IMG/VR virus record: IMGVR_UViG_3300032241_002679
Coordinates: 64,001 to 128,000 of that record
Strand: one strand, 5' to 3'
DNA length: 64,000 nt
From: a virus
Part shown: piece after piece, positions 52,091 to 61,777 of the stretch
Position numbering within the stretch: position 1 is the stretch's first letter
Layout: each line of letters starts with the position of its first letter
Position numbers and translations under genes: made by a program
Notes under the pieces: generated by a model
Databases searched by the model: none
Told to the model about the DNA's origin: nothing
Seen by the model: the letters and a program-made list of their open reading frames with translations, nothing else

Positions 52091-52648
52091 CTATTTCGTT
52101 TGAACTTTTTTCAAATAATCTTCGTATAGTTCGTCTTTTGTTTTTCCACTCCAATTACGCCACTGGAATCCGTATATTTTTCCGAGATCACCCCACTTCT
52201 CGGCAAATACGTTATCAGTTTTGATTTTCTCGATGAATTCTTCTTTACTAAAAAACCCATCTATTTTAAAATCCCCCCATCCTTCAATTTTAGTCCCACT
52301 AACTTCCAATGGTTCACTACTTTTGATTTTAAAATCATATGGATTAGAAGAAAACATTGCACTATCCAAATATTTCTTATAAGCATCACCATCCCAAATG
52401 TGACAATCGTTATCAACCAGATATTTTATGTTGGTATCGCCTCTCAAAAACCATAGTAATTCAGTAACGATTCCCTTAAAATGCATTTTCTTTGTAGTTA
52501 ATAATGGAAATTTACCATCTTTAAATTTGTATCTAATAGACCTACCAAAGACACTTAAAACTTTACCGTTTCGGGTGTTTTTCTCAACCCCATTTTCTAA
52601 TATATCCTCTAAAAGGTCTATATATTGTTTGTCTAATCCATTTTTCAT
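52091..52648 (-). CDS. thyA: thymidylate synthase, N-terminal fragment
   Basis: [27 protein letters not shown]. Confidence 0.93.
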   Translation of the reverse strand: MKNGLDKQYIDLLEDILENGVEKNTRNGKVLSVFGRSIRYKFKDGKFPLLTTKKMHFKGIVTELLWFLRGDTNIKYLVDNDCHIWDGDAYKKYLDSAMFSSNPYDFKIKSSEPLEVSGTKIEGWGDFKIDGFFSKEEFIEKIKTDNVFAEKWGDLGKIYGFQWRNWSGKTKDELYEDYLKKVQTK

Positions 52649-52848
52649 AGTATAATAAATTTAAAATTAATGTTTTTATTTAAAACGGATTCTCTTTTTA
52701 AAAGGTTTTTTTCTTTTTCTTTATTAAACGTGTAGGTTGATTTTACCTCAATAACTTTATTTTCCGATTTAATATAAATGTCTGGATAATATCTGTGAGT
52801 TTTGTTTTCGTAAACATAATGAAACCCTCCAATCTCGTCAATTATTAT
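52645..52848 (-). pseudogene. remnant of a PD-(D/E)xK endonuclease
   Basis: Open frame without ATG: HRYYPDIYIKSENKVIEVKSTYT; its TGA overlaps the thyA ATG. Confidence 0.7.
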
Positions 52849-52858
52849 TTATTTTAGA

Positions 52859-53476
52859 TTATTTATCAACTACTTGATACATAAGCTTATTATCCTTTAT
52901 TATTTCAATATAATAAACATTTCCAAAAGTCTTATAATATTTAATTCCATCAATTATAACAATTTTAGCATCTTCTGGTAAATAAGATACTATTGCACCT
53001 ACTGGAGGTTTAACTACTTCATAATTTCCATCACTTGTTTGGTCATAATAAATCCCAGAATAGTAATAATAAGGATAGCCGTTATAGAAAAATGCCCAAT
53101 AACCATATGGTAAACCACCAACCAAAAATCCAAATGGTGGATATATTAAACTATAATATGAATTATAATACAATCCATGGTAAAAAAAACAATTGGCGTT
53201 TGCAATACGAACACTTACGCCACGATGTGATATTACTCTCATCATATGCCTGTTTACTACAACATCCCTGTTACCATAGTTGTGTTGTCCATTGTTATAA
53301 GTATGCTGACCATTATATCCGTTATTATAGGTACGTTGTGTATTATTATAATGCGATGCTTCATAATGAGGCGCATTATAGTGTGGTGCACTATAATGCG
53401 ATCCATTATTATTTCTCTGTGCATTTAAAGAACTAATTATTAATAGAGCTAAAAATAAATTTACAATCTTTTTCAT
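52859..53476 (-). CDS. secreted Tyr-rich protein (DUF6515-like)
   Basis: Signal peptide, HY.AP repeats, YYYYSGIYY...VVKPPVGA. Confidence 0.7.
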   Translation of the reverse strand: MKKIVNLFLALLIISSLNAQRNNNGSHYSAPHYNAPHYEASHYNNTQRTYNNGYNGQHTYNNGQHNYGNRDVVVNRHMMRVISHRGVSVRIANANCFFYHGLYYNSYYSLIYPPFGFLVGGLPYGYWAFFYNGYPYYYYSGIYYDQTSDGNYEVVKPPVGAIVSYLPEDAKIVIIDGIKYYKTFGNVYYIEIIKDNKLMYQVVDK

Positions 53477-53530
53477 AATCTTTTTCTTATAAATATACAC
53501 AATATTTCAGCAACGTTGGTTAATCGGATG

Positions 53531-55318
53531 TTAAAAGGTCAATGTTACTTTTACTGTATTAAAATATGTTATTGTTTTGTCCTTATGAATTACACTTAGT
53601 CTAAAGTAATGATAATGTGGACTAGTTGTCTTATTTATTCTTGCAGCATCAACAACTGTTGAATCTGCATTAGAGGCTAATGAGTTATCTTTAGTACATG
53701 AGAACAATCCTATCATTAGAATAATTGGTAATATTAAAAATAATTTATTACGTCTCTTAAATGATATTCCAAGAATCAATAAACCAAATCCAGCAATTGC
53801 AACAGTAGCAGTTGTTGGGGTAAAGAAGAAATAATAAGGACCATAATTAATGGTACTAGTTGATGTTCCCTTAGTTGCTTTAGTTGCAACTGTTTGATAT
53901 CTTACCCAAGTACTATTATTAGAAGAAGAATCCATTACCCATAGGCTATCATTTCCTTCTTTGGTAGCAGCCCAAGTAAATTTAATTCTTCCAGTTGAAT
54001 CATTAACACCAACTAATGTTGCAAGAGTTGTATCATTAACTGCTGGTGGTGGCGGTGGTGGTGTTGAACCACCATATGAAATTGCACCTAAATCTAATGT
54101 TGCTGGATTATGATATAAATCCTGAGTTCTCCATGATAATGCTACTCCAGCATTTATGGCTGGGCTTCCAGCGACCAATTTACCAGTACTTGGATCTAAT
54201 ATACCAGTAGCACTTGCATTAGTTAGATTATTACTAAATACCACTGGATCACTAGCTGCGTTATATACATCATTACCCATATCTTGTGAGCCAACATTTA
54301 AATTATTATAGACATAATACGTTGCACCCGCATGACCAAATATAACTGCTGCTGCAGTAGTATATGTAAGAGGATCTAAATTTCCAAATTGGGTATTATT
54401 ACATATGTAAGCATTAGCGGATGTTACCGAACCCCCAATATTACTGCTACTTGCTCTAATATCGACAACACCATAACAAGTAGTATTCAATTTTAAATTA
54501 TTATATACATATGTCGTACCCTTTCCATTTAATGAAATTGATTCAAGTCTTCCAACATATCCCCATAGTGAACCCTGCATAATTATTGAACTGACACTAC
54601 CATACCCCCCAACTCTTATCATACCAATATCGTCTGTGGCGGAACTATTTGTTCCACCTATAGTCCAATCATGGAAATTATAATTCCACATATTATAACC
54701 AAATATAAGACCATCTCCAGTTGTCATGTTCTGAATTTGTGCATTATATATTTGTAGGCCAAAACTGGAAGAATGAAGTGTTGTTGTTGCATCCCATGTT
54801 CCGTATAGAATATGAGCACTATTACTCATTGAAAAATTTGCTAGTGTAAATTGATTAAACATTAATGTGCTACTATCAGATAAATTCCAAGTGCCACCCT
54901 GACTACCACTGAAATCAATTAAATCACCAGAATTAACTGTTTGAAAATATTGGATACTTGAATGGTCAGCAATATGACCAGATCCGATTTGAAATACATT
55001 ACCATTGTAGGTAAAATTAAATCCGTATTGGAGACCAGATGTTCCATTACCCATTAAGTTAACATAACTCCATGGGCCAATGTTAACTGGGCCAGTACAA
55101 GTAACTTGACCACCCTGATTAACAATTGTAACATTGTTTATGTTCTGCAGTGTAATACTGGAATACGTACCAGCTTGAATAATTAGGACATCATTCGGGT
55201 TAATTCCCGTCATTGATGTCACCGAAACGGTCCCTGAACCATTACCAACAACAATATTATTGGCGAATGAATTTAGGGATATAAATCCTAGTAAAATAGC
55301 AAAAATAAGTTTTTTCAC
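53531..55318 (-). CDS. secreted parallel beta-helix protein with membrane hairpin and lipobox
   Basis: Signal peptide, N/G/S/T-rich repeats, AGSPAINAG, P6 linker, two TM helices, LFSC. Confidence 0.7.
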   Translation of the reverse strand: MKKLIFAILLGFISLNSFANNIVVGNGSGTVSVTSMTGINPNDVLIIQAGTYSSITLQNINNVTIVNQGGQVTCTGPVNIGPWSYVNLMGNGTSGLQYGFNFTYNGNVFQIGSGHIADHSSIQYFQTVNSGDLIDFSGSQGGTWNLSDSSTLMFNQFTLANFSMSNSAHILYGTWDATTTLHSSSFGLQIYNAQIQNMTTGDGLIFGYNMWNYNFHDWTIGGTNSSATDDIGMIRVGGYGSVSSIIMQGSLWGYVGRLESISLNGKGTTYVYNNLKLNTTCYGVVDIRASSSNIGGSVTSANAYICNNTQFGNLDPLTYTTAAAVIFGHAGATYYVYNNLNVGSQDMGNDVYNAASDPVVFSNNLTNASATGILDPSTGKLVAGSPAINAGVALSWRTQDLYHNPATLDLGAISYGGSTPPPPPPAVNDTTLATLVGVNDSTGRIKFTWAATKEGNDSLWVMDSSSNNSTWVRYQTVATKATKGTSTSTINYGPYYFFFTPTTATVAIAGFGLLILGISFKRRNKLFLILPIILMIGLFSCTKDNSLASNADSTVVDAARINKTTSPHYHYFRLSVIHKDKTITYFNTVKVTLTF

Positions 55319-55376
55319 AATATATTATATTTTATAATATAAATATCATGAAAACTATGCCAAACTTTATAGAAAT

Positions 55377-55964
55377 TTAAATTTCCACTAAGTGATTTAT
55401 ATAATAATCGTTTAACTTGCTAATAATCACCCCAGTTTTATGTCCCGAAGCATGAATAAAATAACCATTCGTTAAATATACACCTACATGCCAACCAGTT
55501 TTTTTATTCGGAACTTTAAAGAATATAAGATTTCCACTCTTTAATGAATCAATGTCATTATTTCCATAGACTTTAAATTGTTCCTTAGCTGTACGTGGTA
55601 TTGTTAAATGGTACACACTATCATAAAGGATTTTTGTAAATCCAGAACAATCCACTCCCCTAGGACTAGCACCACCCCAGACATATCTAGCTCCAATCCA
55701 TAATTTTACAAAATTATTTAATATACTATCATTAGTAATTGCTGAATCTAATGACATAGAATATTTTTTATATACCTTATTTTTAATAATAGAAACATTA
55801 TTCTTAATTTTACGATGCTTAATTTTAAGAGAATAACGATGTTTATGGGCAATACGATGCCCAACATGTTTGGTAACATGTACGTGCACTTGTGGAGACT
55901 GAAACTGTGCACTTGATTTGGTTGAGGTAAAACAAATTACGAATGCAATTGCAATCTTTTTCAT
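55377..55964 (-). CDS. NlpC/P60 cell-wall peptidase with signal peptide
   Basis: YVWGG, DCSGF, HVGVY, FIHAS. Confidence 0.92.
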   Translation of the reverse strand: MKKIAIAFVICFTSTKSSAQFQSPQVHVHVTKHVGHRIAHKHRYSLKIKHRKIKNNVSIIKNKVYKKYSMSLDSAITNDSILNNFVKLWIGARYVWGGASPRGVDCSGFTKILYDSVYHLTIPRTAKEQFKVYGNNDIDSLKSGNLIFFKVPNKKTGWHVGVYLTNGYFIHASGHKTGVIISKLNDYYINHLVEI

Positions 55965-56005
55965 AATAATTTGTTTTTAATTTACGTTATTTAATTATAT
56001 AAATA

Positions 56006-56443
56006 TCACAAAAATTCTTTTAAAACCATGTCTAAAGTTTTAAGGTTATTTTCGAATTGATTTTTATCAAATGGAACAGTATCATCTATTAATATAATAT
56101 TCTTCATTAATTTAATGATTTTCATTCGTTTAGCTTTTTCTAATGCGTTTTGTTCTTGATCTTTTAATATTACTGCTTCATTCAATATTTCTTGAACATT
56201 GACATTTTCCAATTTCTCATATTGATATTTTTTTATATGTGTATTAAATACGACTCCTTGACTTTCAGCAATTTCTAATCTAGTATAATCATTCAGACTT
56301 ACATTTGGATACTTATACTGTGTCCCTGATTTAAAAATAATAATTAAATCATTTGTATTTGTATCATATATACTCGCTAATACATTGGATGAATCGTATA
56401 ATGATTTTATTATATTTTCTTTTACTTGTTTTTTTAATATCAT
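56006..56443 (-). CDS. KTSC-domain protein
   Basis: SSNVLASIYD...FKSG.QY.Y..V...AESQG..FN..IK. Confidence 0.8.
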   Translation of the reverse strand: MILKKQVKENIIKSLYDSSNVLASIYDTNTNDLIIIFKSGTQYKYPNVSLNDYTRLEIAESQGVVFNTHIKKYQYEKLENVNVQEILNEAVILKDQEQNALEKAKRMKIIKLMKNIILIDDTVPFDKNQFENNLKTLDMVLKEFL

Positions 56444-56682
56444 ATTGATGATTTTTGGTATACCTTATATAATTTTATTTTACTTAGTTCAAATATAGTA
56501 CCAATTGTTATAAACATATTATCTTCATGTCTTATTTGATTAATAATAAAAAAATTTTGTATTATTTTTAATGACCCGTCTTCAAAAATTTCTTTTTTTA
56601 TACTATCAATTGTCGTATTTTTACTATTATCATATAATAATATTTCTAATTTATTAAAGTTTATATCATAATCACTATTCAT
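56440..56682 (-). CDS. hypothetical protein
   Basis: 80 aa ORF. Confidence 0.55.
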   Translation of the reverse strand: MNSDYDINFNKLEILLYDNSKNTTIDSIKKEIFEDGSLKIIQNFFIINQIRHEDNMFITIGTIFELSKIKLYKVYQKSSI

Positions 56683-56699
56683 ATTCTTTACATTTAAAA

Positions 56700-56762
56700 C
56701 AAATGTACAAATATTTATCTAATAAATCAAGTTGTTTATTTGATGAATATAATGTAAATTTG
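56700..56762. promoter_or_regulatory. back-to-back Bacteroidota-type promoters
   Basis: + strand gTTG-N20-TAAATTTG (56731-62); minus strand cTTG-N20-TACATTTG (56731-56700). Confidence 0.75.
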
Positions 56763-56775
56763 TAAAAAATTAAAA

Positions 56776-59700
56776 ATGAATAGAGAAATCCTTCCAAAAG
56801 TAAAGTTGATTATTAATCAAGCTAGTAAGGAAGCTAAATCATTTGATGATATTAAAATAAAACCTGAACATATAGTTTTATCTATGATATCTCATGATGA
56901 TAATGAATGTATTAAAATATTAAAATCACTCAAAGTTGATATGGGTGATTTACATGATAAAATATCTGATTATTTAAGAAAAAATGATTTAACACCAAGA
57001 ATTTCGCAGTATGGTAGAAATAAACTACCTTTGTCCGATGAAACAAAAATAATATTTAAAAATGTTGATTCTGAGTGTGAAAAATTAAATGATGATGCTA
57101 TTGATACTCATCATTTAATGCTGAGCATTCTTAAAATAAAAACACCAATTACAAAAATCTTATTTGATGCTGGTGTTAATTACAGGAGCTTTAAAAAAAT
57201 AATTATGGACAACAGAAATGACATGCCAAAAGAAAACAATGTAAAAATGGAAAATGATTCAATGGATGATGATTTTCAAGAGCCTGAACGTTTTAAAAAG
57301 GTTAAAAAGAAAACTGATTCTAAAACGCCTATTCTTGATAATTTTTGTCGAGATATTAGTAAGGCTGTTGAAAAAGGCGCAATTGATCCAGTTGTAGGTA
57401 GGATCAAAGAAATAAAACGAATAAGCCAAATTCTATCCAGAAGGAAAAAAAATAATCCAGTATTGATTGGCGAACCTGGTGTCGGAAAGACAGCCATTGT
57501 TGAGGGATTGGCACAATTAATTAAAGATGGTAATGCACCACGTACTATAGCTAATAAAAAAGTATATAGTCTTGATTTAGCTAGTATTGTTGCTGGCACT
57601 AAATATCGTGGACAATTTGAAGAAAGAATGAAAGCTGTTTTGGAAGAGTGTAAAGCGAATACAGATATTATTTTATTCATTGATGAATTGCATACTATTA
57701 TTGGTGCTGGTAATGCCTCTGGTTCACTTGATGCAAGCAATATTTTTAAACCAGCTCTTGCACGTGGAGAAATACAAATCATTGGCGCAACTACACTTGA
57801 TGAATATCGTGAACATATTGAAAAGGATGGCGCACTTACAAGAAGATTTCAACAAGTATTAGTTGAGGAACCTTCTCTTGAAGAGACTAAAATAATTCTC
57901 ACTAATATTAAAGAAAAATATGAAAAACATCATAAAGTAGTATATACTGATGAGGCTATTGATGAATGCGTGAAATTATCACATCGCTATATAATGGAAC
58001 GCTCAATGCCAGATAAAGCTATTGATGTACTTGATGAAGCTGGAGCAGCTACAAATATAACTGTAGAAAAACCACAAATTATTAAGACATTAGAACAGAA
58101 AAAAATAGCACTCAATAATAAGAAAAAAGACGTAGTGCTTCAACAGAATTATGAAGAAGCTGCTAAGATACGTGATGAAGAAAAAAAGATAGATAATCAA
58201 CTCTTAAAGCATAATAAAGAATGGGCTGATAGCCTAGATAAAAAAATCACTACGGTTGGTGTGGAACAAATATCAGAAGTAGTCAGTATGATGACTGGTA
58301 TACCTCTTACTAAAATTTCTACACAAGAAAGCAAACGCCTATTGAACCTTGATAAAGAACTGATGGGTAAAGTAATTGGACAGGACGATGCAGTTTCAAA
58401 AGTAGTTAAAGCTATTAAAAGAAATAGAGTCGGTATTAAAGATAAAAATAAGCCCATTGGAAGCTTTATTTTTCTTGGCCCAACAGGTGTCGGTAAATGT
58501 TTTTTATCTGATACTAAGATAATTATAAGAAATAAAAAAACTAAATCAATCGAAGAAATTGATATTAATGAATTAAAAGATAGATTTGATGAGATACAAA
58601 AAAGAATTAAAAAAACTAATAATGTCTTATTGTTTGACAAGCATGAATTAGAATCATTAAAGAAAATTACCAAAACAACCAAAATAAGCGATTACGAGGT
58701 TTTAACTGACGATGGTTTTGTTGATATTGAAGCATTGCATGAAACAATACCATATGAGGTTTACCTTCTTAGGTTATCTGACGGAAAGGAACTTAAATGC
58801 GCTGATAATCATATTGTATTTTTAAATGATTATCAAGAAATATTTGTGAAAGATTTGCAAATTGGTGATAACGTTATCGTGGAATCAAACGAAACCACAG
58901 GATTGGCTAGTGTGCTCGAAGTAAAAAATTTGGGCTATGAAGAAGCAATGTATGATTTGGAATTAGCAGAAGATTCAAACAGACGATATTATACCAATGG
59001 AATATTGTCACATAATACGTATTTGGCCAAATTATTGGCAGAATTTGTCTTTGGAGATGTAGATGCTTTGGTTAAAATTGATATGAGTGAATATATGGAA
59101 AAACATTCTGTATCAAGACTAATTGGTTCTCCGCCAGGTTACGTTGGTTATGATCAAGGTGGCCAATTGACAGAAAAAGTACGTAGAAAACCACATTGTG
59201 TTATTCTTTTTGATGAAATTGAAAAGGCACATGAAGATGTATTCAATCTCTTATTACAATTATTGGATGAAGGTCAGTTGACAGATGGACTTGGAAGAAA
59301 AGTTAATTTTAAAAATTCATTAATTATACTTACGTCAAATTTAGGTGTTAAAGAAATTAATACTTTTGGTACATCAATAGGTTTCGAGACTACAGCTACC
59401 GTTGCTAGTGAAGAAGCTAGAGCTAGAGGAATAATTGAAAAAACACTCAAGAAAAAATTCAGACCAGAATTCCTAAATCGTATAGATGAGAGTATCATTT
59501 TCAATGAATTAAAAGAAGATGATATACATAAAATCATATACAAAGAATTGGAAAAGTTGGAGAACAGACTTAATGAAGTTCATTTTAAACTTAAAATTAA
59601 TAAAGCAGCCGTTGAATTCTTAGCGAAAGAGGGTTATAGTAAAGAATATGGTGCTAGACCATTGGGTAGAGCAATCCAGAAATATATCGAAGACCCAGTC

Positions 59701-59817
59701 GCTGACGAAATTCTGAGCGGAAGTATTACTGAGGGTGAAGTAATAAAAATTAATTTCGATAAGAATAAAAATGAAGTTATAATCAAACCAGATAGGAATA
59801 ATAAATCTGAAGACTAA
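56776..59817 (+). CDS. clpC: ClpC/ClpB-type AAA+ chaperone with mini-intein
   Basis: Clp-N repeats, GEPGVGKT, UVR-like middle domain, GPTGVGK|T, GSPPGYVG, GARPL. Confidence 0.9.
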   Translation: MNREILPKVKLIINQASKEAKSFDDIKIKPEHIVLSMISHDDNECIKILKSLKVDMGDLHDKISDYLRKNDLTPRISQYGRNKLPLSDETKIIFKNVDSECEKLNDDAIDTHHLMLSILKIKTPITKILFDAGVNYRSFKKIIMDNRNDMPKENNVKMENDSMDDDFQEPERFKKVKKKTDSKTPILDNFCRDISKAVEKGAIDPVVGRIKEIKRISQILSRRKKNNPVLIGEPGVGKTAIVEGLAQLIKDGNAPRTIANKKVYSLDLASIVAGTKYRGQFEERMKAVLEECKANTDIILFIDELHTIIGAGNASGSLDASNIFKPALARGEIQIIGATTLDEYREHIEKDGALTRRFQQVLVEEPSLEETKIILTNIKEKYEKHHKVVYTDEAIDECVKLSHRYIMERSMPDKAIDVLDEAGAATNITVEKPQIIKTLEQKKIALNNKKKDVVLQQNYEEAAKIRDEEKKIDNQLLKHNKEWADSLDKKITTVGVEQISEVVSMMTGIPLTKISTQESKRLLNLDKELMGKVIGQDDAVSKVVKAIKRNRVGIKDKNKPIGSFIFLGPTGVGKCFLSDTKIIIRNKKTKSIEEIDINELKDRFDEIQKRIKKTNNVLLFDKHELESLKKITKTTKISDYEVLTDDGFVDIEALHETIPYEVYLLRLSDGKELKCADNHIVFLNDYQEIFVKDLQIGDNVIVESNETTGLASVLEVKNLGYEEAMYDLELAEDSNRRYYTNGILSHNTYLAKLLAEFVFGDVDALVKIDMSEYMEKHSVSRLIGSPPGYVGYDQGGQLTEKVRRKPHCVILFDEIEKAHEDVFNLLLQLLDEGQLTDGLGRKVNFKNSLIILTSNLGVKEINTFGTSIGFETTATVASEEARARGIIEKTLKKKFRPEFLNRIDESIIFNELKEDDIHKIIYKELEKLENRLNEVHFKLKINKAAVEFLAKEGYSKEYGARPLGRAIQKYIEDPVADEILSGSITEGEVIKINFDKNKNEVIIKPDRNNKSED
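58498..59016 (+). mobile_element. mini-intein (173 aa) in the second Walker A motif of ClpC
   Basis: GK|CFLSD...CADNH...YDL...SHN|T; no endonuclease. Confidence 0.92.
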
Positions 59818-59821
59818 TATT

Positions 59822-59845
59822 AAAACCCCACTTTTGTGGGGTTTT
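59822..59845 (+). terminator. intrinsic terminator
   Basis: aaaaccccac-tttt-gtggggtttt. Confidence 0.85.
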
Positions 59846-59860
59846 CTTATATTTATAAGC

Positions 59861-60262
59861 ATGAAGAAATTTATAAAAAGTTTACTCAATGAAGGTCTCT
59901 TTCATAGAAATTCAAAAGAACAATTGAAGCTAATGGAGGAATTTATTAACTTTACTTGTAAAGAATTAAACATTGATCCAGTACCAGTAAATCTACAATT
60001 TAATCATGATGGACTAGTTACAACTGCAGCATATGGGGATAAAAAAGTATATGTATATGCTAAAGATCGTGCTATAGTAGATATTATGAGAAGTATAGCA
60101 CATGAACTTACCCACTTAAAACAAGACCTAGAGGGTAGACTCAATCCTAAAAATCATGAAAAAAATAATGCCGCTGGTTCAGATATTGAGAACGAAGCAA
60201 ATTATAGGGCTGGGGAAATAATAAGAAAATTTGGAAAAATACATCCTGAAATTTATCCATGA
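59861..60262 (+). CDS. zincin metallopeptidase-like protein with LxE leader
   Basis: ATG 59861 after TATTTAT; HELTH...ENEA. Confidence 0.75.
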   Translation: MKKFIKSLLNEGLFHRNSKEQLKLMEEFINFTCKELNIDPVPVNLQFNHDGLVTTAAYGDKKVYVYAKDRAIVDIMRSIAHELTHLKQDLEGRLNPKNHEKNNAAGSDIENEANYRAGEIIRKFGKIHPEIYP

Positions 60263-60576
60263 TAAATAAAAATGAAATAGAAATTGTTAGAAGAGGCATC
60301 TCAAATATGGGGCCAGCCTATACACAAATAGTTAAACAATCCAGTGATAAAAAAATAATACAAATTGGAAAAGATGTGGTAGACCAATTAGCTGATCAAG
60401 CTACCTATGAACCCACAAAAAATGCTATTGGACAAGAAGCAACTAATATTCTAATTAGTTGGTACCCAGAGTTTTTTAAGGAAAAAAGAGAATACTATAA
60501 TAATAATAAATTAAGCGATATTTCAGAGAATAAAAAAACTATTAAAAAATTTTTAAGGGCTTTTCTTCTTAAGTAA
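60259..60576 (+). CDS. hypothetical protein
   Basis: 105 aa ORF. Confidence 0.55.
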   Translation: MINKNEIEIVRRGISNMGPAYTQIVKQSSDKKIIQIGKDVVDQLADQATYEPTKNAIGQEATNILISWYPEFFKEKREYYNNNKLSDISENKKTIKKFLRAFLLK

Positions 60577-60835
60577 TTATGCCAATATATTCATGACTAA
60601 AACATATTCTTTTATTATCTGCATAATGATCATGATATATGTTTTTATGTGTAATGTCCTTTCTCAATTTTTTATTCTTGCTGGTCGGCTTCCATAACGG
60701 AGAATGTTCACGATAATATCCCATTCGTGGGTGGGAAGTTCTGGAGAAATATCTAAGACCCTGATCAATATGCATCTGAGCAATTGCATCTGAAAATCTA
60801 ACACCAATACCCATACCTTGAAAATCTGGAAGAAC
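60569..60835 (-). pseudogene. displaced duplicate 3' half of the GNAT gene
   Basis: VLPDFQGMGIG...; 59/84 aa identical (manual count) to the C-terminus of 61736-62158. Confidence 0.8.
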
Positions 60836-60874
60836 TTTCCATTAAAACAAGATATTTATTAATAAATAAAATTT

Positions 60875-61777
60875 ATGAAAACTAAAAATTTTATTGAGAA
60901 AGCTAAATTAAAACACGGAAATAAATATGACTATTCGTTAATTAAATACATTAATAATGAAACAGAAGTTGAAATAATATGTCCAATTCATGGTATTTTT
61001 AAACAAAAACCAAAAAAACATATTAATAGAGGTCAAAATTGCCCCAAATGTACAGGACATTTTATAGATAAAAGTTTTTTTATAGAAAAAGCTAATAAAA
61101 TTCATAATAATTTTTATGATTATTCTTTGGTTGAATACAAAGATAGCACAACTAAAATTAAAATTATATGTCCTATTCATGGAATATTTGAACAAACTCC
61201 AAATGCTCATTTATCTAATAAGAATTGTTATAAATGTACAGGTACACCTAAGAAAACAACAGAAACATTTATTAACGAAGCAAATAATATACATAAAAAT
61301 AAGTATGACTATTCATTAACTAATTATCAAAATAATAGTTTTAAAGTTTCTATTATTTGTAAAATACATGGAATTTTTAAACAAACACCAGCAGCACACT
61401 TAAGGGGTCAAGGATGTCCTATTTGTCGAGAGTCAAAGGGTGAAATTTTAATAAGAAATTTTTTAGAAAATAATCTAATAAAATTTAAACCTCAACATAG
61501 ATTTAAAGATTGTAAACATAAACTTCCATTACCATTTGACTTTTATTTACCGACTTTAAATCTATGTATTGAATTTCATGGTCACCAACACTACTTATCA
61601 TCACATAACTTTGGTGCGGTTAAAAATGAATTTGAATTAATACAAATAAGAGATAAAATTAAAATAGAATATTGTATTAAAAATAATATTTCATTATTAA
61701 TAATTCCTTATTATGAGAACGCATCAATTATTTTATCAAATTTCTTTAGTACCTATAAATTCAAAACTACCACATAA
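60875..61777 (+). mobile_element. free-standing endonuclease (CPIHG zinc repeats plus PD-(D/E)xK-like domain)
   Basis: Three KYDYS...IIC.IHG.F.Q.P..H..CxxC repeats; PFDFYLP...IEFHG.QH...RDKIK. Confidence 0.85.

Noticed and set aside
57276-59889. Minus-strand ORFs inside clpC
   Set aside because: Antisense shadows of a conserved gene.
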